Origin: the human T2T-CHM13v2.0 reference genome, Homo sapiens
Reading direction: 5' to 3' (one strand)
Length of the DNA: 64,000 nt
Assembly: GCF_009914755.1 (NCBI RefSeq)
Contig: NC_060941.1
Positions within the stretch are counted from its first letter, which is position 1, and each line of letters opens with the position of its first letter. A model generated the notes under the pieces. The model made no database searches and was not told where the DNA came from. It saw only the letters and a list, made by a program, of their open reading frames with translations. The translations under genes and the position numbers were made by a program. Positions 53,901 through 64,000 of this stretch are shown piece by piece.

Positions 53901-54640
53901 CGTGATGTTTGCATTCAACTCACAGTGTTGAACCTTTCTTTGATAGTTCAGGTTTGAAACGGTCTTTCTGTAGAAACTGCAAGTAGATATTTGGACCGCT
54001 CTGAGGATTTCGTTGGAAACGGGATAACCCGCACAGAACTAAAACAGAAGCATTCTCAGAACCCTCTTCGTGATGTTTGCATTCAACTCACAGTGCTGAA
54101 CCTTTCTTTGATAGTTCAGCTTTGAAACACTCTTTTTGTAGAAACTGCAAGTGGATATTTGGTCCTCTCTGAGGATTTCGTTGGAAACGGGATAAACTGC
54201 ACAGAACTAAACAGAAGCATTCTCAGAACCTTCTTCGTGATGTCTGCATTCAACTCACAGTGTGGAACCTTTCTTTGATAGTTCAGGTTTGAAACACTCT
54301 TTTTGTAGAAACTGCAAGGGGATAATTGCACTCTTTGAGGAGTACCGTAGTAAAGGAAATAACTTCCTATAAAAAGAAGACAGAAGCTTTCTCAGAAAAT
54401 TCTTTGGGATGATTGAGTTGAACTCACAGAGCTGAGCATTCCTTGCGATGTAGCAGTTTAGAAACACACTTTCTGCAGAATCTGCAAGTGCATATTTGGA
54501 CCTCTGTGAGGAATTCGTTGGAAACGGGATAATTTCAGCTGACTAAACAGAAGCAGTCTCAGAATCTTCTTTGTGATGTTTGCATTCAAATCCCCGAGTT
54601 GAACTTTCCTTTCAAAGTTCACGTTTGAAACACTCTTTTT
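32920..54640 (+). repeat. Recent tandem duplication of a 4-HOR block (period 10,860 bp) within the array
   Basis: Seven variants occur only as pairs exactly 10,860 bp apart: 34521/45381, 35783/46643, 36681/47541, 39114/49974, 39564/50424, 39653/50513 and 39944/50804. Endpoints approximate. Confidence 0.88.
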
Positions 54641-57600
54641 GCAGGATCTACAAGTGGATATTTGGACCACTCTGTGTCCTTCGTTCGAAACGGGTATATC
54701 TTCACATGACATCTAGACAGAAGCATCCTCAGAAGCTTCTCTGTGATGACTGCATTCAACTCACGGAGTTGAACACTCCTTTTGAGAGCGCAGTTTTGAA
54801 ACTCTCTTTCTGTGGCATCTGCAAGGGGACATGTAGACCTCTTTGAAGATTTCGTTGGAAACAGAATCATCTTCACATAAAAACTATACAGATGCATTCT
54901 CAGGAACTTTTTGGTGATGTTTGTATTCAACTCCCAGAGTTGAACTTTCCTTTGGAAAGAGCAGCTATGAAACACTGTTTTTCTAGAATCTGCAAGTGGA
55001 CGTTTGGAGGGCTTTGTGGTTTGTGGTGGAAAAGGAAATATCTTCACCTAAATACTAGATAGAAGCATTCTCAGAAACTGCTTTGTGATGATTGCATTCA
55101 CCTCACAGAGTTGAACATTCCTATTGATAGAGCAGTTTGGAAACACTCTTGTTGTGGAATGTGCAAGTGGAGATTTGGAGCGCTTTGAGGCCTATGGTAG
55201 TAAAGGGAATAGCTTCATAGAAAAACTAGACAGAAGCATTCTCAGAAAATACTTTGTGATGATTGAGTTTAACTCACAGAGCTGAACATTCCTTTGGATG
55301 GAGCAGGTTTGAGACACACCTTTTGTAGAATCTACAAGTGGATATTTGGACCTCTCTGAGGATTTCGTTGGAAACGGGATAACTGCACCTAACTAAACGG
55401 AAGCATTCTCAGAAACTTCTTGGTGATGTTTGCATTCAAATCCCAGAGTTGAACCTTCCTTTGATAGTTCAGGTTTGAAACACTCTTTTTGTAGGATCTG
55501 CAAGTGGATATTTGGACCACTCTGTGGCCTTCGTTCGAAACGGGTACATCTTCGCATAAAATCTAGACAGAAGCCTTCTCAGAAACTTCTCTGTGATGAT
55601 TGCATTCAACTCACAGAGTTGAACCCTCCTATGGATAGAGCAGTGTTGAAACTCTCTTTTTGTGGAATCTGCAAGTGGATATGTGGACCTCTCCGAAGAT
55701 GTCTTTGGAAACGGGAATATCTTCACATAAAAACTAAACAGAAGCATTCTCAGAAACTTCTCTGTGATGTTTGTGTTCAACTCCCAGAGTTTCACATTGC
55801 TTTTCATAGAGTAGTTCTGAAACATGCTTTTCGTAGTGTCTACAAGTGGACATTTGGAGCGCTTTCAGGCCTGTGGTGGAAAACGAATTATGGTCACATA
55901 AAAACTGGAGAGAAGCATTGTCAGAAACTTCTTTGTGATGATTGCATTCAACTCACAGAGTTGAAGGTTCCTTTTCAAAGAGCAGTTTCCAATCACTCTT
56001 TGTGTGGAATCTGCAAGTGGATATTTGGACCTATTTTGAAGATTTCGTTGGAAACGGGAGAATCTTCACAGGAAAGCTAAACAGAAGCATTCTCAGAAAC
56101 TTCTTTGTGATGCTTGCATTCAACTCACAGAGTTGAACTTTCCTTTCGAGAGAGAAGCTTTGAAACACTCTTTTTCCAGAATCTGCAAGTGGACATTTGG
56201 AGGGCTTTGAGGCCTGTGGTGGAAAAGGAATTATCTTCCCGTAAAAGCTAGATAGAAGCATTCTCAGAAACTACTTTGTGATGATTGCATTCAAGTCACA
56301 GAGTTGAACATTCCCTTTGACAGAGCAGTTTGGAAACTCTCTTTGTGTAGAATCTGCAAGTGGAGATATGGACCGCTTTGAGGCCTATGGTAGTAAAGGA
56401 AATAGCTTCATATAAAAGCTAGACAGTAGCATTCACAGAAAACTCTTGGTGACGACTGAGTTTAACTCACAGAGCTGAACATTCCTTTGGATGGAGCAGT
56501 TTCGAAACACACTATTTGTAGAATGTGCAAGTGGATATTTAGGCCTCTCTGAGGATTTCGTTGGAAACGGGATAAACCGCACAGAACTAAACAGAAGCAT
56601 TCTCAGAACCTTCTTCGTGATGTTTGCATTCAACTCACAGTGTTGAACCTTTCTTTGATAGTTCAGGTTTGAAACGGTCTTTCTGTAGAAACTGCAAGTA
56701 GATATTTGGACCTCTCTGAGGATTTCGTTGGAAACGGGATAACCCGCACAGAACTAAAACAGAAGCATTCTCAGAACCCTCTTCGTGATGTTTGCATTCA
56801 ACTCACAGTGCTGAACCTTTCTTTGATAGTTCAGCTTTGAAACACTCTTTTTGTAGAAACTGCAAGTGGATATTTGGTCCTCTCTGAGGAATTCGTTGGA
56901 AACGGGATAAACTGCACAGAACTAAACAGAAGCATTCTCAGAACCTTCTTCGTGATGTCTGCATTCAACTCACAGTGTGGAACCTTTCTTTGATAGTTCA
57001 GGTTTGAAACACTCTTTTTGTAGAAACTGCAAGGGGATAATTGCACTCTTTGAGGAGTACCGTAGTAAAGGAAATAACTTCCTATAAAAAGAAGACAGAA
57101 GCTTTCTCAGAAAATTCTTTGGGATGATTGAGTTGAACTCACAGAGCTGAGCATTCCTTGCGATGTAGCAGTTTAGAAACACACTTTCTGCAGAATCTGC
57201 AAGTGCATATTTGGACCTCTGTGAGGAATTCGTTGGAAACGGGATAATTTCAGCTGACTAAACAGAAGCAGTCTCAGAATCTTCTTTGTGATGTTTGCAT
57301 TCAAATCCCCGAGTTGAACTTTCCTTTCAAAGTTCACGTTTGAAACACTCTTTTTGCAGGATCTACAAGTGGATATTTGGACCACTCTGTGTCCTTCGTT
57401 CGAAACGGGTATATCTTCACATGACATCTAGACAGAAGCATCCTCAGAAGCTTCTCTGTGATGACTGCATTCAACTCACGGAGTTGAACACTCCTTTTGA
57501 GAGCGCAGTTTTGAAACTCTCTTTCTGTGGCATCTGCAAGGGGACATGTAGACCTCTTTGAAGATTTCGTTGGAAACGGAATCATCTTCACATAAAAACT

Positions 57601-60600
57601 ATACAGATGCATTCTCAGGAACTTTTTGGTGATGTTTGTATTCAACTCCCAGAGTTGAACTTTCCTTTGGAAAGAGCAGCTATGAAACACTCTTTTTCTA
57701 GAATCTGCAAGTGGACGTTTGGAGGGCTTTGTGGTTTGTGGTGGAAAAGGAAATATCTTCACCTAAATACTAGATAGAAGCATTCTCAGAAACTGCTTTG
57801 TGATGATTGCATTCACCTCACAGAGTTGAACATTCCTATTGATAGAGCAGTTTGGAAACACTCTTGTTGTGGAATGTGCAAGTGGAGATTTGGAGCGTTT
57901 TGAGGCCTATGGTAGTAAAGGGAATAGCTTCATAGAAAAACTAGACAGAAGCATTCTCAGAAAATACTTTGTGATGATTGAGTTTAACTCACAGAGCTGA
58001 ACATTCCTTTGGATGGAGCAGGTTTGAGACACACCTTTTGTAGAATCTACAAGTGGATATTTGGACCTCTCTGAGGATTTCGTTGGAAACGGGATAACTG
58101 CACCTAACTAAACGGAAGCATTCTCAGAAACTTCTTGGTGATGTTTGCATTCAAATCCCAGAGTTGAACCTTCCTTTGATAGTTCAGGTTTGAAACACTC
58201 TTTTTGTAGGATCTGCAAGTGGATATTTGGACCACTCTGTGGCCTTCGTTCGAAACGGGTACATCTTCGCATAAAATCTAGACAGAAGCCTTCTCAGAAA
58301 CTTCTCTGTGATGATTGCATTCAACTCACAGAGTTGAACCCTCCTATGGATAGAGCAGTGTTGAAACTCTCTTTTTGTGGAATCTGCAAGTGGATATGTG
58401 GACCTCTCCGAAGATGTCTTTGGAAACGGGAATATCTTCACATAAAAACTAAACAGAAGCATTCTCAGAAACTTCTCTGTGATGTTTGTGTTCAACTCCC
58501 AGAGTTTCACATTGCTTTTCATAGAGTAGTTCTGAAACATGCTTTTCGTAGTGTCTACAAGTGGACATTTGGAGCGCTTTCAGGCCTGTGGTGGAAAACG
58601 AATTATGGTCACATAAAAACTGGAGAGAAGCATTGTCAGAAACTTCTTTGTGATGATTGCATTCAACTCACAGAGTTGAAGGTTCCTTTTCAAAGAGCAG
58701 TTTCCAATCACTCTTTGTGTGGAATCTGCAAGTGGATATTTGGACCTATTTTGAAGATTTCGTTGGAAACGGGAGAATCTTCACAGGAAAGCTAAACAGA
58801 AGCATTCTCAGAAACTTCTTTGTGATGCTTGCATTCAACTCACAGAGTTGAACTTTCCTTTCGAGAGAGAAGCTTTGAAACACTCTTTTTCCAGAATCTG
58901 CAAGTGGACATTTGGAGGGCTTTGAGGCCTGTGGTGGAAAAGGAATTATCTTCCCGTAAAAGCTAGATAGAAGCATTCTCAGAAACTACTTTGTGATGAT
59001 TGCATTCAAGTCACAGAGTTGAACATTCCCTTTGACAGAGCAGTTTGGAAACTCTCTTTGTGTAGAATCTGCAAGTGGAGATATGGACCGCTTTGAGGCC
59101 TATGGTAGTAAAGGAAATAGCTTCATATAAAAGCTAGACAGTAGCATTCACAGAAAACTCTTGGTGACGACTGAGTTTAACTCACAGAGCTGAACATTCC
59201 TTTGGATGGAGCAGTTTCGAAACACACTATTTGTAGAATGTGCAAGTGGATATTTAGGCCTCTCTGAGGATTTCGTTGGAAACGGGATAAACCGCACAGA
59301 ACTAAACAGAAGCATTCTCAGAACCTTCTTCGTGATGTTTGCATTCAACTCACAGTGTTGAACCTTTCTTTGATAGTTCAGGTTTGAAACGGTCTTTCTG
59401 TAGAAACTGCAAGTAGATATTTGGACCTCTCTGAGGATTTCGTTGGAAACGGGATAACCCGCACAGAACTAAAACAGAAGCATTCTCAGAACCCTCTTCG
59501 TGATGTTTGCATTCAACTCACAGTGCTGAACCTTTCTTTGATAGTTCAGCTTTGAAACACTCTTTTTGTAGAAACTGCAAGTGGATATTTGGTCCTCTCT
59601 GAGGAATTCGTTGGAAACGGGATAAACTGCACAGAACTAAACAGAAGCATTCTCAGAACCTTCTTCGTGATGTCTGCATTCAACTCACAGTGTGGAACCT
59701 TTCTTTGATAGTTCAGGTTTGAAACACTCTTTTTGTAGAAACTGCAAGGGGATAATTGCACTCTTTGAGGAGTACCGTAGTAAAGGAAATAACTTCCTAT
59801 AAAAAGAAGACAGAAGCTTTCTCAGAAAATTCTTTGGGATGATTGAGTTGAACTCACAGAGCTGAGCATTCCTTGCGATGTAGCAGTTTAGAAACACACT
59901 TTCTGCAGAATCTGCAAGTGCATATTTGGACCTCTGTGAGGAATTCGTTGGAAACGGGATAATTTCAGCTGACTAAACAGAAGCACTCTCAGAATCTTCT
60001 TTGTGATGTTTGCATTCAAATCCCCGAGTTGAACTTTCCTTTCAAAGTTCACGTTTGAAACACTCTTTTTGCAGGATCTACAAGTGGATATTTGGACCAC
60101 TGTGTCCTTCGTTCGAAACGGGTATATCTTCACATGACATCTAGACAGAAGCATCCTCAGAAGCTTCTCTGTGATGACTGCATTCAACTCACGGAGTTGA
60201 ACACTCCTTTTGAGAGCGCAGTTTTGAAACTCTCTTTCTGTGGCATCTGCAAGGGGACATGTAGACCTCTTTGAAGATTTCGTTGGAAACGGAATCATCT
60301 TCACATAAAAACTATACAGATGCATTCTCAGGAACTTTTTGGTGATGTTTGTATTCAACTCCCAGAGTTGAACTTTCCTTTGGAAAGAGCAGCTATGAAA
60401 CACTCTTTTTCTAGAATCTGCAAGTGGACGTTTGGAGGGCTTTGTGGTTTGTGGTGGAAAAGGAAATATCTTCACCTAAATACTAGATAGAAGCATTCTC
60501 AGAAACTGCTTTGTGATGATTGCATTCACCTCACAGAGTTGAACATTCCTATTGATAGAGCAGTTTGGAAACACTCTTGTTGTGGAATGTGCAAGTGGAG

Positions 60601-63600
60601 ATTTGGAGCGCTTTGAGGCCTATGGTAGTAAAGGGAATAGCTTCATAGAAAAACTAGACAGAAGCATTCTCAGAAAATACTTTGTGATGATTGAGTTTAA
60701 CTCACAGAGCTGAACATTCCTTTGGATGGAGCAGGTTTGAGACACACCTTTTGTAGAATCTACAAGTGGATATTTGGACCTCTCTGAGGATTTCGTTGGA
60801 AACGGGATAACTGCACCTAACTAAACGGAAGCATTCTCAGAAACTTCTTGGTGATGTTTGCATTCAAATCCCAGAGTTGAACCTTCCTTTGATAGTTCAG
60901 GTTTGAAACACTCTTTTTGTAGGATCTGCAAGTGGATATTTGGACCACTCTGTGGCCTTCGTTCGAAACGGGTACATCTTCGCATAAAATCTAGACAGAA
61001 GCCTTCTCAGAAACTTCTCTGTGATGATTGCATTCAACTCACAGAGTTGAACCCTCCTATGGATAGAGCAGTGTTGAAACTCTCTTTTTGTGGAATCTGC
61101 AAGTGGATATGTGGACCTCTCCGAAGATGTCTTTGGAAACGGGAATATCTTCACATAAAAACTTAACAGAAGCATTCTCAGAAACTTCTCTGTGATGTTT
61201 GTGTTCAACTCCCAGAGTTTCACATTGCTTTTCATAGAGTAGTTCTGAAACATGCTTTTCGTAGTGTCTACAAGTGGACATTTGGAGCGCTTTCAGGCCT
61301 GTGGTGGAAAACGAATTATGGTCACATAAAAACTGGAGAGAAGCATTGTCAGAAACTTCTTTGTGATGATTGCATTCAACTCACAGAGTTGAAGGTTCCT
61401 TTTCAAAGAGCAGTTTCCAATCACTCTTTCTGTGGAATCTGCAAGTGGATATTTGGACCTATTTTGAAGATTTCGTTGGAAACGGGAGAATCTTCACAGG
61501 AAAGCTAAACAGAAGCATTCTCAGAAACTTCTTTGTGATGCTTGCATTCAACTCACAGAGTTGAACTTTCCTTTCGAGAGAGAAGCTTTGAAACACTCTT
61601 TTTCCAGAATCTGCAAGTGGACATTTGGAGGGCTTTGAGGCCTGTGGTGGAAAAGGAATTATCTTCCCGTAAAAGCTAGATAGAAGCATTCTCAGAAACT
61701 ACTTTGTGATGATTGCATTCAAGTCACAGAGTTGAACATTCCCTTTGACAGAGCAGTTTGGAAACTCTCTTTGTGTAGAATCTGCAAGTGGAGATATGGA
61801 CCGCTTTGAGGCCTATGGTAGTAAAGGAAATAGCTTCATATAAAAGCTAGACAGTAGCATTCACAGAAAACTCTTGGTGACGACTGAGTTTAACTCACAG
61901 AGCTGAACATTCCTTTGGATGGAGCAGTTTCGAAACACACTATTTGTAGAATGTGCAAGTGGATATTTAGGCCTCTCTGAGGATTTCGTTGGAAACGGGA
62001 TAAACCGCACAGAACTAAACAGAAGCATTCTCAGAACCTTCTTCGTGATGTTTGCATTCAACTCACAGTGTTGAACCTTTCTTTGATAGTTCAGGTTTGA
62101 AACGGTCTTTCTGTAGAAACTGCAAGTAGATATTTGGACCTCTCTGAGGATTTCGTTGGAAACGGGATAACCCGCACAGAACTAAAACAGAAGCATTCTC
62201 AGAACCCTCTTCGTGATGTTTGCATTCAACTCACAGTGCTGAACCTTTCTTTGATAGTTCAGCTTTGAAACACTCTTTTTGTAGAAACTGCAAGTGGATA
62301 TTTGGTCCTCTCTGAGGATTTCGTTGGAAACGGGATAAACTGCACAGAACTAAACAGAAGCATTCTCAGAACCTTCTTCGTGATGTCTGCATTCAACTCA
62401 CAGTGTGGAACCTTTCTTTGATAGTTCAGGTTTGAAACACTCTTTTTGTAGAAACTGCAAGGGGATAATTGCACTCTTTGAGGAGTACCGTAGTAAAGGA
62501 AATAACTTCCTCTAAAAAGAAGACAGAAGCTTTCTCAGAAAATTCTTTGGGATGATTGAGTTGAACTCACAGAGCTGAGCATTCCTTGCGATGTAGCAGT
62601 TTAGAAACACACTTTCTGCAGAATCTGCAAGTGCATATTTGGACCTCTGTGAGGAATTCGTTGGAAACGGGATAATTTCAGCTGACTAAACAGAAGCAGT
62701 CTCAGAATCTTCTTTGTGATGTTTGCATTCAAATCCCCGAGTTGAACTTTCCTTTCAAAGTTCACGTTTGAAACACTCTTTTTGCAGGATCTACAAGTGG
62801 ATATTTGGACCACTCTGTGTCCTTCGTTCGAAACGGGTATATCTTCACATGACATCTAGACAGAAGCATCCTCAGAAGCTTCTCTGTGATGACTGCATTC
62901 AACTCACGGAGTTGAACACTCCTTTTGAGAGCGCAGTTTTGAAACTCTCTTTCTGTGGCATCTGCAAGGGGACATGTAGACCTCTTTGAAGATTTCGTTG
63001 GAAACGGAATCATCTTCACATAAAAACTACACAGATGCATTCTCAGGAACTTTTTGGTGATGTTTGTATTCAACTCCCAGAGTTGAACTTTCCTTTGGAA
63101 AGAGCAGCTATGAAACACTGTTTTTCTAGAATCTGCAAGTGGACGTTTGGCGGGCTTTGTGGTTTGTGGTGGAAAAGGAAATATCTTCACCTAAATACTA
63201 GATAGAAGCATTCTCAGAAACTGCTTTGTGATGATTGCATTCACCTCACAGAGTTGAACATTCCTATTGATAGAGCAGTTTGGAAACACTCTTGTTGTGG
63301 AATGTGCAAGTGGAGATTTGGAGTGCTTTGAGGCCTATGGTAGTAAAGGGAATAGCTTCATAGAAAAACTAGACAGAAGCATTCTCAGAAAATACTTTGT
63401 GATGATTGAGTTTAACTCACAGAGCTGAACATTCCTTTGGATGGAGCAGGTTTGAGACACACTTTTTGTAGAATCTACAAGTGGATATTTGGACCTCTCT
63501 GAGGATTTCGTTGGAAACGGGATAACTGCACCTAACTAAACGGAAGCATTCTCAGAAACTTCTTGGTGATGTTTGCATTCAAATCCCAGAGTTGAACCTT

Positions 63601-64000
63601 CCTTTGATAGTTCAGGTTTGAAACACTCTTTTTGTAGGATCTGCAAGTGGATATTTGGACCACTCTGTGGCCTTCGTTCGAAACGGGTATATCTTCGCAT
63701 AAAATCTAGACAGAAGCCTTCTCAGAAACTTCTCTGTGATGATTGCATTCAACTCACAGAGTTGAACCCTCCTATGGATAGAGCAGTGTTGAAACTCTCT
63801 TTTTGTGGAATCTGCAAGTGGATATGTGGACCTCTCCGAAGATGTCTTTGGAAACGGGAATATCTTCACATAAAAACTAAACAGAAGCATTCTCAGAAAC
63901 TTCTCTGTGATGTTTGTGTTCAACTCCCAGAGTTTCACATTGCTTTTCATAGAGTAGTTCTGAAACATGCTTTTCGTAGTGTCTACAAGTGGACATTTGG

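Larger units (their letters stand above)
1..64000 (+). repeat. D17Z1: Centromeric alpha-satellite HOR array, 16-mer/2,715-bp unit, SF3 (pentameric W1-W5 type); most likely human chr17 D17Z1 (S3C17H1L)
   Basis: Seen: alphoid motifs (CATTCTCAGAAACTTCTTTGTGATG, TTTGAAACACTCTTTTTGTAGAATCTGCAAGTGGATATTTGG, TTCGTTGGAAACGGGA) recur every 166-172 bp, and the sequence and ORF track repeat every 2,715 bp. Constant EcoRI sites (GAATTC) start at 212, 2927, 5642, 8357, 11072, 13787, 16502, 19217, 21932, 24647, 27362, 30077, 32791, 35506, 38221, 40936, 43651, 46366, 49081, 51796, 54511, 57226, 59941 and 62654. Established: D17Z1 is a 2.7-kb EcoRI 16-mer derived from the SF3 pentamer with a triplicated monomer. 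Alpha-satellite identity is essentially certain; the chr17 assignment is from recall. Confidence 0.96.

Noticed and set aside
32920-54640. The 4-HOR duplication as a pure assembly artefact
   Set aside because: Considered less likely because the two copies differ at several isolated sites and in a clustered patch. It cannot be fully excluded without reads.
159-63968. All other 60-195 aa ORFs on both strands, including the unique 195-aa ORF at 59888-60475 and the 105/77-aa ORFs near 31.2-31.6 kb
   Set aside because: They recur with the 2,715-bp period and overlap in several frames. The unique ones are frameshift fusions caused by the 2-bp and 1-bp deletions.
1-64000. Embedded transposon (L1/Alu), inversion or foreign insert hidden in the array
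   Set aside because: The HOR phase is preserved end to end apart from -1 and -2 bp shifts, leaving no room for an insertion. No poly-A tails, target-site duplications or strand switches were seen.
1-64000. Assignment to other SF3 arrays (DXZ1 12-mer, D11Z1 5-mer, D1Z7-region 11-mer) or to the D17Z1-B 14-mer
   Set aside because: The unit here is 16 monomers/2,715 bp with a triplicated W1-type monomer, which fits D17Z1 and not those unit lengths.

Overview
The whole 64-kb window is uninterrupted primate centromeric alpha-satellite DNA: head-to-tail ~171-bp monomers in one orientation, organised as a 16-monomer, 2,715-bp higher-order repeat (HOR). It contains 23 complete EcoRI-to-EcoRI copies plus two partial copies. 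The 2.7-kb EcoRI period, the pentamer-derived (suprachromosomal family 3) box order B-B-B-A-A / B-B-B-A-B-A-A / B-B-B-A and the internal monomer triplication match the human chromosome 17 array D17Z1 (p17H8; S3C17H1L); this identification is from recall, not a database search. Each HOR has 8 intact CENP-B boxes, 2 degenerate B-type boxes and 6 A-type (pJalpha-type) boxes. I see no genes, RNA genes, transposon insertions, inversions or CRISPR, and all ORFs are repeat artefacts. I did not find a new biological system. The informative signal is in the HOR-to-HOR variants, which I read by eye and which may be incomplete. They show a recent 4-HOR (10,860-bp) tandem duplication, an older 4-HOR periodicity on the left, a likely gene-conversion patch, a variant-domain boundary near 25.5 kb, polymorphic extra EcoRI sites, two small deletions and one knocked-out CENP-B box.
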